Part shown: in pieces, positions 1 to 8,416 of the stretch
Layout: the number at the start of each line of letters is the position of its first letter
Position numbering within the stretch: the stretch's first letter is position 1
Virus record (IMG/VR): IMGVR_UViG_3300044971_004534
Source of the DNA: a virus
Reading direction: 5' to 3' (one strand)
Length of the DNA: 64,000 nucleotides
Notes under the pieces: generated by a model
Seen by the model: the letters and a program-made list of their open reading frames with translations, nothing else
What the model was told of the DNA's origin: nothing
Databases searched by the model: none
Position numbers and translations under genes: made by a program

Positions 1-3000
1 GATCTTTGTTTAGTGCAGAGTATAGCACTTTGCAAGATGTGTTTAAAAAGAACAGTAATCTTACTATAAATAATATAGGTTTATTTTTGGCTTCTGCTCA
101 AGGCAAATTTTTTGCTTCTTTAGTTCCTCAAGCAAGAACTTGGATGAAATCAGAATCTATTACTACCACTATAAAAAGACTTAAAAATAAAAATCCTAAT
201 GACTATTGGATGTCTATAGCAGATTCTGAGATGATTAATGGAGATCCGAATGGAGCAGATTTTCATGATTATTCTCAAGCAAGTAACTTCTCTAACGACG
301 AAGGTTTGTCCAATATGAATTCTTCATCTATTCTTGATGCTCTTGAATTTGAAGAAGTAGATCAGGTTACTCAGCAGTTGCTGGGATATGTGGGAATTGA
401 GCAAGTTATTAGTTCTAATATTGTTGAGGAGATGGCCAAGGCAGATATAGATTTTGCACAATCTCCCACAAGAGGTTTGAAGTTAAATAAAAACAATGCT
501 TCTTTAGACACAGAAAGAGTTCCTGCGTATGTTGGTCTTCCCCCTGGTGTTCATGCAAGTTTTTATAAAGCAAATCCTATATTCCCTGGTGAAGATTTTA
601 CTTTTAGATTTCATAAAACTGCACAAAGTCATTCTAAAGCTATTGTTGAAGATCCGCAAGAAGAATTTAGATATGCTATGCAAAATAGTTATAAATATAT
701 AGATTCTGGGTGTACTTCTGCTGACAATGAAGACAACGGAACTTTAACTCCTAATTTTGGTGTTTGTCGCCCAACTTTTATCCAACAAAAAAATGGTAAA
801 TTTAACGTTAACAGAATAGTTAGTAAAAATGCTAAAGATTATTACTTAGCAGACCAAAGTTATGTGGTTTTAGAAATAGATGGTGGTATAGAAAATAGAT
901 ATTTTTTAATCATACCTGAGCGTAGTTCTGTTGTCATGTTGGAGGTAACTGCTGACGCAGAAATATGTGATGTTGTTGATAATGACGGTAATTTGGCTAA
1001 ATTTTTAGATTTTACAGGCATGCGTCATTCAAGATTGTTATTTGATTTTGGCATTAGCGGCTCAAGCTTGTTAAATCAAGAAAATTTTTCAATACATTTT
1101 CAGCATTTCCGTGGTTTATTAAAAGTAACTTTTGAATCTGGAACAACTCAGTCATTCACTGTTTCTAGACAGCGTTTTACTAAAGATGTTTATGGCTTAC
1201 GTGACAACATATTTCTTGTTAATGTTCTTGACGATAAAAATCCATTTAAAAACAATGGTACATTTTTAGATCATCCAGCATTAAAAGATAAATTAAATAG
1301 TGAAAAATTTCCTATTAAGCTATCTGGAAATGTTATTGTTCACATGGGTCACGTAAGAATGGCTTTTAATTTTTCACCAATTACATACCCAAACACAACG
1401 AGCTTAAATATATCATATCCTGTTGGTATTACTAACTTGGAGGGCAATGATGGCGCTGTCAATATATTACTTCGCTCAGCTGGAGGGTATGAGGAGGGCA
1501 GCTCTAGGAATGTTTCTTCAAACCTTATTGACAAGTATCTAATTAGAAATGAAAACGGCAAGGTAGTGCCTGGACAATCAAAGCCTCACTACACTCACTG
1601 TAGTAGTAGAATATCTGAAATTATTGGCGGATCTTTAGTTAACGTGGATTCTAGTCTTTTTTCTGCCAACCAAAAAATGTGCATTACTGGACCTCATCTG
1701 TATGGTGACAAAAATTGGCCGCCCTATTTAGGTCAATACGCTGATCCAAGCTCTATTGTTACATCTTATAGAATAACTGATAGAAAAGAATTTGTAAATA
1801 GAATACACCCTTCAGTAACCTTAAAATCTGGATCGATTACTCTTAAAGGCAGTAATGGTTCTTTATGGCTTTTGGAGGGAGCTACGCGTCCAATATGCGA
1901 TGGATTTAGCGTATTTGTTCCCGAGGGATCAAAGCCTCAATGGAAAGGTGTTGCTGCTGATGTTACCGTTAATGTGATGGAGTACAGCGATTCTTGGGAC
2001 AGATCGGATAGATCATTTATGCAGCATAGTGGTAACATAAAATTTTATTTAAATAAAGCTGATGCTCTTCCACTGATAGAAAACATAACTTCTGTTCAGA
2101 CAGACAAAGGCTCTTTGGTTGATGGGGTCAGGAAAGCAGAAAGAATAGATGTTGATGGCATGGCTCGCTATGGTGAATATCAGGGTGACCAAACTCCATT
2201 GCTTGCAAGTTTGCAAGATAAATATTTTTATATTGAAGTAAGAGCATGGAGAGATCCTTATAAAGTTAACACTTTTGGTGCTGGTTTAAACGCACAAAAT
2301 GTTAATAATGGACCTGCAAATATAACGGAAGCTTTTTATGCCACTCATGAAAATGAAGTTCCAGATGAAGAGAACACTTTATTATTTACTGGTTTTTGCA
2401 GGAGCAGCTCTTATGCAATTAAGGACACTCATATTGAGATGAGCTGTAAGCTTGAAGATTACTATAGTATTTTAAATAGTATGACATGGTTAAATGCTCC
2501 TTTTTATGACGCCATGCGCGACTATGATGCGGTATTTGATGTAATGCAAAGAGCTGGATTTTTTTATGAACGTAGCAGTAGAGATCCGGCACATCTCATA
2601 TATAAGTATGTAACTACTCCATCTGATAGTGATTATCACGAAGTTCCATATGATGGAGAAAACTATATTGCCAATGATTATGTTTTACCTGGAAGTTATG
2701 GCACTATGGATCAGCCAATTTATAAACCTAATACCGGTGATTCCTATGCTGATATTTTAAAGAAATTTGCTACTATATCTGGTAAGACAATCTATTTTGA
2801 TCGTCGTGGGGTAATGCATTTTGATATACCTACAGATGAAATGGAAATTATGCAGGTCACTAGCACTGACCCTTCTAGGGAAATATATAGAGCTCCACCA
2901 TCTCATATATTTTCTCACACATATAACAGTCCAGATAGAGATTTAGTTCCATGGTGGAATGTCATTACTGATACATACAATTTTACTAGAAAGGTTGAAG

Positions 3001-3449
3001 ACATCGTTAATGAGATAAGAGTGGTATCTTCAACCCCAAACGGCAGTCTTGTTTCTGCAGCGCATATGAATAGGGCGTCTCTTGCTGATATTGGACTGCC
3101 TGGATTCATTGGTTTTAGGAAAATGTTTATACAAAAAAGTGGATATTTTGGATCTGGAGAGGCGGTCAGAAAGCAAGTGGAAAGGTATACCACCATGTTT
3201 AATGCTCCTGTAACTGCTAATTTTTCCATTTTAGGAAGAGTGGGACTGCAATCTGGCCAAATTATTTTAATAGATGGTCCAGGATTGTCAGGTGCTTACA
3301 GGCTTTTATTAACAAATGTTAGTAATACAATATCACCTAGAGATAATTCTTGGGTAGCTAGTGTTTCTGGTAGATATTTCTTGCCAGGAGAAAAAATTAA
3401 ATTTACTGGTACTACGCTGACCTTGGGAACAGGCACTGGAGGAGGCTAA
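1..3449 (+). CDS. Tail/baseplate hub-like virion structural protein, 5'-truncated by the window edge
   Basis: This reading frame is open from nt 3 to the TAA at 3447-3449. The track starts it at a TTG at nt 6, but no stop precedes that, so the gene continues upstream. More than 1,147 open codons in stop-rich AT DNA is decisive for coding. The C-terminal third carries three collinear gpD/gp27/VgrG-type motifs (see the domain feature at 2378-3400). The product call is less certain (~0.5) than the CDS call. Confidence 0.88.
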   Translation, partial: SLFSAEYSTLQDVFKKNSNLTINNIGLFLASAQGKFFASLVPQARTWMKSESITTTIKRLKNKNPNDYWMSIADSEMINGDPNGADFHDYSQASNFSNDEGLSNMNSSSILDALEFEEVDQVTQQLLGYVGIEQVISSNIVEEMAKADIDFAQSPTRGLKLNKNNASLDTERVPAYVGLPPGVHASFYKANPIFPGEDFTFRFHKTAQSHSKAIVEDPQEEFRYAMQNSYKYIDSGCTSADNEDNGTLTPNFGVCRPTFIQQKNGKFNVNRIVSKNAKDYYLADQSYVVLEIDGGIENRYFLIIPERSSVVMLEVTADAEICDVVDNDGNLAKFLDFTGMRHSRLLFDFGISGSSLLNQENFSIHFQHFRGLLKVTFESGTTQSFTVSRQRFTKDVYGLRDNIFLVNVLDDKNPFKNNGTFLDHPALKDKLNSEKFPIKLSGNVIVHMGHVRMAFNFSPITYPNTTSLNISYPVGITNLEGNDGAVNILLRSAGGYEEGSSRNVSSNLIDKYLIRNENGKVVPGQSKPHYTHCSSRISEIIGGSLVNVDSSLFSANQKMCITGPHLYGDKNWPPYLGQYADPSSIVTSYRITDRKEFVNRIHPSVTLKSGSITLKGSNGSLWLLEGATRPICDGFSVFVPEGSKPQWKGVAADVTVNVMEYSDSWDRSDRSFMQHSGNIKFYLNKADALPLIENITSVQTDKGSLVDGVRKAERIDVDGMARYGEYQGDQTPLLASLQDKYFYIEVRAWRDPYKVNTFGAGLNAQNVNNGPANITEAFYATHENEVPDEENTLLFTGFCRSSSYAIKDTHIEMSCKLEDYYSILNSMTWLNAPFYDAMRDYDAVFDVMQRAGFFYERSSRDPAHLIYKYVTTPSDSDYHEVPYDGENYIANDYVLPGSYGTMDQPIYKPNTGDSYADILKKFATISGKTIYFDRRGVMHFDIPTDEMEIMQVTSTDPSREIYRAPPSHIFSHTYNSPDRDLVPWWNVITDTYNFTRKVEDIVNEIRVVSSTPNGSLVSAAHMNRASLADIGLPGFIGFRKMFIQKSGYFGSGEAVRKQVERYTTMFNAPVTANFSILGRVGLQSGQIILIDGPGLSGAYRLLLTNVSNTISPRDNSWVASVSGRYFLPGEKIKFTGTTLTLGTGTGGG
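2378..3400 (+). other. gpD/gp27/VgrG-like baseplate-hub module (C-terminal third of the first gene)
   Basis: Three motifs occur in the same order as in Phage_GPD/VgrG N-domains. The first is FTGFC...IEMSCKLEDYYSILNS...FYDAMRDYDAVFDVMQRAG (compare hG.V...y.l.l.P....L....riFq..s..dii..vl...G). The second is SYADILKKFATISGKTIYFDRRGVMHFD (compare sd.dFl.Rla.eeGi.yfF....g.h.l.f.D). The third is GLQSGQIILIDGPGLSGAYRLLLTNVSN (compare L.aG..f.L.gh.....y.vvsv.H). This is pattern recognition by eye, with no profile search. Confidence 0.5.
3441..3445 (+). promoter_or_regulatory. Shine-Dalgarno GGAGG for the 3451 gene, embedded in the terminal Gly codons of the upstream gene
   Basis: The sequence is ...ACT GGA GGA GGC TAA A ATG, with 5-nt spacing to the ATG. 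Confidence 0.55.
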
Positions 3450-3450
3450 A

Positions 3451-3666
3451 ATGGACAACATTCCTACACTTGGTAAACAATTAGCAGATAATATAAATTC
3501 ATTAATTGAGAAAAAGATAAATGAGAATTACACTAAGTTATATCATCAGCAAAATGTATTTGAAGGCGGCTTATATGGTGGAGCTAGAAGCTTGACAGAT
3601 GTCTCTACTAGTGAGGAAGAAGCTTATGGTCGCATTGGGATTAAAAGCGGAATTGTAGGAGCGTAA
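3451..3666 (+). CDS. Small hypothetical protein (71 aa), probably a virion or assembly component
   Basis: The ATG at 3451 is preceded by GGAGG (3441-3445), formed by the terminal Gly codons of the upstream gene. The ORF exactly fills the space between two large genes, and its TAA overlaps the next ATG (TAATG at 3664-3668). No recognisable domain. Confidence 0.7.
   Translation: MDNIPTLGKQLADNINSLIEKKINENYTKLYHQQNVFEGGLYGGARSLTDVSTSEEEAYGRIGIKSGIVGA
3657..3661 (+). promoter_or_regulatory. Shine-Dalgarno AGGAG for the 3666 gene
   Basis: The sequence is GTAGGAGCGTAATG, with 4-nt spacing to the ATG. Confidence 0.5.
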
Positions 3667-6600
3667 TGGCTGGAAAAACAAAACATTTTGGTTTAGGATA
3701 CTTTGATTTTAAAGATAGACTTGATACATCTGTATCTGTCAAGCTGGAGCGTGATCGTTTTCTTACTATAGATGATCAGCTTTTTGGTTTATATAGTGTA
3801 TTTGGTAATGGTATTGTTCGAGGATTTAGAGTCACAAGATCTCAGAACGAATCTGGAATAAAGACTCTTTCTATTGAGCCAGGTGTGCTATTTTGCAGAA
3901 ATAGAAGTTTTGAAAGTGTGGAAACTAAAAGCTTAGAGAATTTACCTCCTAATGGCGAATTTTATGTATTTGCAGATATTTTTTCAACATCTTCTGGAGA
4001 CAAAGACTTAGTACTATATTATAGTAGATCTGGTACAGACTTAAATGCCATAAGACTTGCTAGAATAGAAACATTCAATGGTGATGTATCAAAAATAGAC
4101 TATTCTTATAGGCATGAAATATCTTTTAGAAGAATTATTGAAAATGAAGTTGCCAAGCACAAGCATAATGGCACAGTATCAAAGATAGATCTTTTGAGAG
4201 AAGTTAAAAACACTTTGCCAGGTGCTAGAGTGGGATCTTTGGACGCAAGTAAGGTTCAATACGGAACTTTTAAAAGAGAGCGTATTCCTCAGATAAATCA
4301 CAACAACTTAAAGAACAAGGGAATAGTGAGTCATGCTGGCTTAGAAACTTTAGCACGCAGTTTGCAAAATGTTAATAGACAATTACTTGGAGAAATATCT
4401 TCTGTTAATATGATGAAGCATTCTTTAATGTTAAAGAGAAAGTATCCATCCGACTCTGATGGTTCCGTAAACATGATTACATTTATTCCTGGGTTAGTTT
4501 CAAACTCAGCAATAGACTTTTCCAATAGTAGTGTTAATATAAATTTAAATGAGGGATGCATATCTGGTCGTAGAACTGGCGGTGGAAGACAGGTATCTAT
4601 TTATTACAATAATATTGAAGCTCTAGAGTCCTATTCGTTTATTAATAACTGCTCAATTACTGATGCTTTTGTTTATTTAAATAGTACTGTTAGTTCTTCT
4701 ACTGTTCAATTTACCGATAGTTTTGAAAATGCAACTGGTGCTGATCGTCCTTATCCAGGAACGACCGCTCAAGCTGTGTCTGTTGAAAATAAAATAGCAG
4801 TGAGAAGTGATGTTTATAATGTTGTAAGTGGACTGTTCTCTGCTCGTTTCACTTCGGGTAAAAAAGACAAGTCAGTTTATAAAAGAGAAGTAACTACTCA
4901 AAAGAACTGGACTAGTTTTAATAGATTATTTTTGTCTGTGAAGTGTTCTCAGTCTCCGCATCCTCCAGTTTTCTTTTACATGGTCAATGCAAATGCAGAC
5001 AATACAATAACAGAAAGCGAAAAAATACAGCTTTTAGCAGAGGATGAGGTTACTTCAAACGCTGCATTGTCAAATTTTAAATCTATAGAAATTGACATAA
5101 CAGACTATACAAAAAACAACATTACAGAACTTGTTTTTGAAGTTGCTGATGCAGCAACAGAATTCGCTTTTTATGTTGATGACATTAAGACATCTTCAGT
5201 TTCTACGACTGATGTTACTTATGTAGACTCTGGCTCTGTGAGATACAGATATTTGGCTCCAACTCAGGTAATATTGGAATCAATATCGTTTGAAACAGAA
5301 GAACTAGACAATACCTCTGTGCAGTGCAGGTTTAGAACTGGAAGTAGTATTGTTGAGCTGTTGAACGCAACATTCTCATCTCCAATATCTTCAAATGATC
5401 AAATTACCGTTCCTTGCAATGCAGTTGAGGTTGAGTTTACTTTGCGTACTAATCCAGAAAAAAGTGCTTCTCCTAAATTAAATAATTTAGTATTAGTATT
5501 GCTGATACAGGGCGGAGAGAGACGAATTGAGGTAAATGCTCTTTCTGAATGGCAGCAGGGAACGCGTGCAAATATAGAAATATTTTCAGAATCTGGAGAC
5601 GCTGATTATGGAATTAGAATAAGAAGTCCATTGGAAACAAAACATATTATATATTCTTCTAACAATTATGTGCAGCAAATTAAAAATGCCTTACCTGATG
5701 TTCCTCCGGCAGAATCAAATATAAGTGTATTCGGTTTTAATGGTGCAAACTTATTACAAAGTCCTCAACAAATCATGTCATCTACTGCAGGGAATCCTGC
5801 TGTTGGTCTTGATCAGGCCAGTAGTGTTTTTAGAATGGATAATCGCAATTATTTAATTTGTGATACCTATAATAACAGAGTGTTGGAAATTAACAGAGAA
5901 GGTCAACTTGTAAGGGGCTACGGTGGTTCTTACATCATTGAAAATGGATTGCAGGGTGATTTTATTCCGCTTTGCGCCAACTTTAATTCTGACAATAGAC
6001 TTCTTCAGATTGTCTTTGATAAAGACATAGAAAATAGATCTGATATCAGCATACAGTATATTACATTAGTAATAGGTCAGACTCAGATCACTCTTGGAGA
6101 TGTTGATGTTAATGTAAATGACAATGCTCCTAAAAATTGCATACAAGTACGATTGTCTTTGCAAAAAACTCAAATACTTAAAGATACAAGTACACCTATT
6201 TTTGTTAAACTGACACCAGCAGTAATTAAAAAAGAAAAGTTTAATTCTGATTCTGAAATATTTAGCATTGCATACGGGATCAGCGGTTTGCGTTTAACAA
6301 AACAAAAATTTACTTACACTAAGCAAGTTTTTCATCCCATATCTGCTATTGCTTATGATGATAATAACTGGATTATCGCAAATAGTTTAATTAGCTTTGA
6401 CCGCATAAGAGCTGGATTAAGAGAAGATATAGATGAATTCTTTATTCCCGTAAATGTAGAGGAAGAGTTCTTTATCATAGCTGAAGTTCCTCAAGATCTT
6501 GGTGGAGATGTCCGTGTTACATTCCTTAACGATCAGGCTGCATCTTCCACTAACAATGAAACTTACGAACCAGTTATAATTTTAAATGGTAATAATATTG

Positions 6601-7331
6601 CTTTTGATGGGACCGTAGAGGTAGTAACTCAAAGTAATTTTAGTGCTAAAGTTAAAGTTAAGCCAAACGCTCCTATGTTAGGTTTAGACTTTAGCTTTAT
6701 ATTTAGAGTATCTGTAAAGGTTTTAGACACTATCACAAATACATATGTACCTGTTGAGGGCTCTCCTTATCGCATAGAGAAGAGAATCCACGTCATAAAT
6801 CAGGCTACTGCTGAAGGATCTGAGCAAGCTCCAGATATGCCTTCTGTGATAAGAATGAATATACTGGATGGTCAGGTTGACTTTGCTTTTGGCAAAGTAG
6901 ATCAATTTACTTTTAGTGATTTTACTCTTGGCGGTCTTTACAAGCTTGAAGACGGAAATATACTTATGGGTGGTATTAAAAAGTTGCCTGCTGATTTGCA
7001 ATTCGACACAAATCCCCCCAATGACGATGGTTTTAGAGCACAGGCTTTTAATTTATTAAAATCCTACAGAGGTCAAGTTATAAAAATAAACCCAGATGAT
7101 AGCGCGGTGTCTTTCAACTATGAGAGTCCAGATGGTCTCTATGTCAGTGATTGTTCAATGACATCAACTAATGAGATTTTAATTGCAGAATCTTCTATCA
7201 TACAAAATTCTGGTAGGACGATAAAAATTGACGGATTCGGAAACATAAGTTTTAATTTATCTAATGGACAATTCAGTATTATCAATCATGCAAGAGAATC
7301 TGGAGAAAACAGTATCATCATCAGTACATGA
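3666..7331 (+). CDS. Large tail-fibre/baseplate-attached structural protein (1,221 aa)
   Basis: Uninterrupted 1,221-codon ORF with AGGAG at 3657-3661 upstream of the ATG. Its N-terminal ~80 aa are paralogous to the N-terminus of the 34410 gene. It has an HKH motif followed by ...SLDASKVQYGTFKRERIP (nt ~4158-4290), which resembles the HxH ... G-T-L ... R-I-P signature I associate with phage tail-fibre shafts. No signal peptide. Confidence 0.85.
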   Translation: MAGKTKHFGLGYFDFKDRLDTSVSVKLERDRFLTIDDQLFGLYSVFGNGIVRGFRVTRSQNESGIKTLSIEPGVLFCRNRSFESVETKSLENLPPNGEFYVFADIFSTSSGDKDLVLYYSRSGTDLNAIRLARIETFNGDVSKIDYSYRHEISFRRIIENEVAKHKHNGTVSKIDLLREVKNTLPGARVGSLDASKVQYGTFKRERIPQINHNNLKNKGIVSHAGLETLARSLQNVNRQLLGEISSVNMMKHSLMLKRKYPSDSDGSVNMITFIPGLVSNSAIDFSNSSVNINLNEGCISGRRTGGGRQVSIYYNNIEALESYSFINNCSITDAFVYLNSTVSSSTVQFTDSFENATGADRPYPGTTAQAVSVENKIAVRSDVYNVVSGLFSARFTSGKKDKSVYKREVTTQKNWTSFNRLFLSVKCSQSPHPPVFFYMVNANADNTITESEKIQLLAEDEVTSNAALSNFKSIEIDITDYTKNNITELVFEVADAATEFAFYVDDIKTSSVSTTDVTYVDSGSVRYRYLAPTQVILESISFETEELDNTSVQCRFRTGSSIVELLNATFSSPISSNDQITVPCNAVEVEFTLRTNPEKSASPKLNNLVLVLLIQGGERRIEVNALSEWQQGTRANIEIFSESGDADYGIRIRSPLETKHIIYSSNNYVQQIKNALPDVPPAESNISVFGFNGANLLQSPQQIMSSTAGNPAVGLDQASSVFRMDNRNYLICDTYNNRVLEINREGQLVRGYGGSYIIENGLQGDFIPLCANFNSDNRLLQIVFDKDIENRSDISIQYITLVIGQTQITLGDVDVNVNDNAPKNCIQVRLSLQKTQILKDTSTPIFVKLTPAVIKKEKFNSDSEIFSIAYGISGLRLTKQKFTYTKQVFHPISAIAYDDNNWIIANSLISFDRIRAGLREDIDEFFIPVNVEEEFFIIAEVPQDLGGDVRVTFLNDQAASSTNNETYEPVIILNGNNIAFDGTVEVVTQSNFSAKVKVKPNAPMLGLDFSFIFRVSVKVLDTITNTYVPVEGSPYRIEKRIHVINQATAEGSEQAPDMPSVIRMNILDGQVDFAFGKVDQFTFSDFTLGGLYKLEDGNILMGGIKKLPADLQFDTNPPNDDGFRAQAFNLLKSYRGQVIKINPDDSAVSFNYESPDGLYVSDCSMTSTNEILIAESSIIQNSGRTIKIDGFGNISFNLSNGQFSIINHARESGENSIIIST

Positions 7332-8415
7332 TCATGTAGACTATCATTGTTTTTTGGCTCCTACTGGATATACTCAGGCTGCTATAGATAACATAAAATC
7401 TTTAGAGAAAGTCGGTATCAATGTATCACTTAAATGTGTGCATGGAAAAATGGTTGGTACAGGTTTCTCTAAAGAAGAAATTTATTGGTTGACAGAACTA
7501 TTAAAAAAACAAAATTATGCAGATTCTCCACAGTTATTGCACGCAATACCCCCACGTTGGAAAAGTATAAAATTAAAAAATAACAGAATAGCTTTATTCG
7601 TTTTTGAAAATTATGCTATGCCAAAAATGTGGCTTGATGATTTGAAAAAATGTAAAGCTGTTGTTGTTCCATCTAAATTTAATTACGATTCACTTGTTGC
7701 TAGTGGTCTCACTAATGTGCATCTTGTTCATCATTCTGTCGATTCAAGTATATGGAACTATGAAATGGTGACTCCAAGAAACGATGCCGCTGAATCTATC
7801 AAAATTATTACAATAGGAACGTGGCGTGAAAGAAAAAATTGGAAAAATATGCTTTTGGCCATTTCGTCTTTAGCGACATCTCATCCTAATTTAGTTTGGA
7901 CCTTGAAGGTTGACAAGACCGCAAGTGCATCCACTGATGTTAAAAAGTGGTTAAATGAAATTAATAAAATTAATTTATTTAATAAAAATATTATTATAGA
8001 TGGTCGTATATTGGACGAATACAGCATGGCTAGACTTGTGTGTGGAAATGACATACTATTAAGTGCTTCTTATGGGGAGGGTTTTGGTCTTCCAGCTTTG
8101 CAGGCATGTATGGCAGGTTTAGCAGTAGTTTGTCCGAATTATGGAGGTTATTGTGAGTTTTTTAATGAAAATTGTTATGTAGAGGTAAAGTCCAAGGGTC
8201 TTGCTAAAAGACTCGGCAAAATGGACGGTTTACCTCAATTTGATAATTTAGTATGGCCTTTATATGACAAGGATTCCATACTTGATGCCTTGTATTTATG
8301 TATAGGTAATTTGTCCAATCTTAAGGAATCTGCTCGTAAAGTGTCTAACGAATATTCTATAAAATTTAGTCACAACAATATTGGGCAATCTTTTTTAAAT
8401 GTTTTGAAAAAATAA
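7264..8415 (+). CDS. Glycosyltransferase, GT-B fold, group 1 (GT4-like)
   Basis: The segment LLSASYGEGFGLPALQACMAGLAVVCPNYGGYCEFF (nt ~8059-8165) matches the Glycos_transf_1 EX7E region (S..EGFGL..lEAma.G.PVv....GG..E), with the second E replaced by Q. The start is uncertain. The first ATG (7264) overlaps the upstream gene by 68 nt, and an in-frame ATG at 7288 is an alternative. Confidence 0.8.
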   Translation: MDNSVLSIMQENLEKTVSSSVHDHVDYHCFLAPTGYTQAAIDNIKSLEKVGINVSLKCVHGKMVGTGFSKEEIYWLTELLKKQNYADSPQLLHAIPPRWKSIKLKNNRIALFVFENYAMPKMWLDDLKKCKAVVVPSKFNYDSLVASGLTNVHLVHHSVDSSIWNYEMVTPRNDAAESIKIITIGTWRERKNWKNMLLAISSLATSHPNLVWTLKVDKTASASTDVKKWLNEINKINLFNKNIIIDGRILDEYSMARLVCGNDILLSASYGEGFGLPALQACMAGLAVVCPNYGGYCEFFNENCYVEVKSKGLAKRLGKMDGLPQFDNLVWPLYDKDSILDALYLCIGNLSNLKESARKVSNEYSIKFSHNNIGQSFLNVLKK

Positions 8416-8416
8416 G

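Noticed and set aside
7264-7331. The 68-nt overlap between the 3666 gene and the glycosyltransferase as a frameshift-generated fusion.
   Set aside because: The overlap most likely reflects an over-extended start call; an in-frame ATG lies at 7288, and the conserved GT fold begins near VDYHCFLAP after the upstream stop. No slippery sequence was seen.
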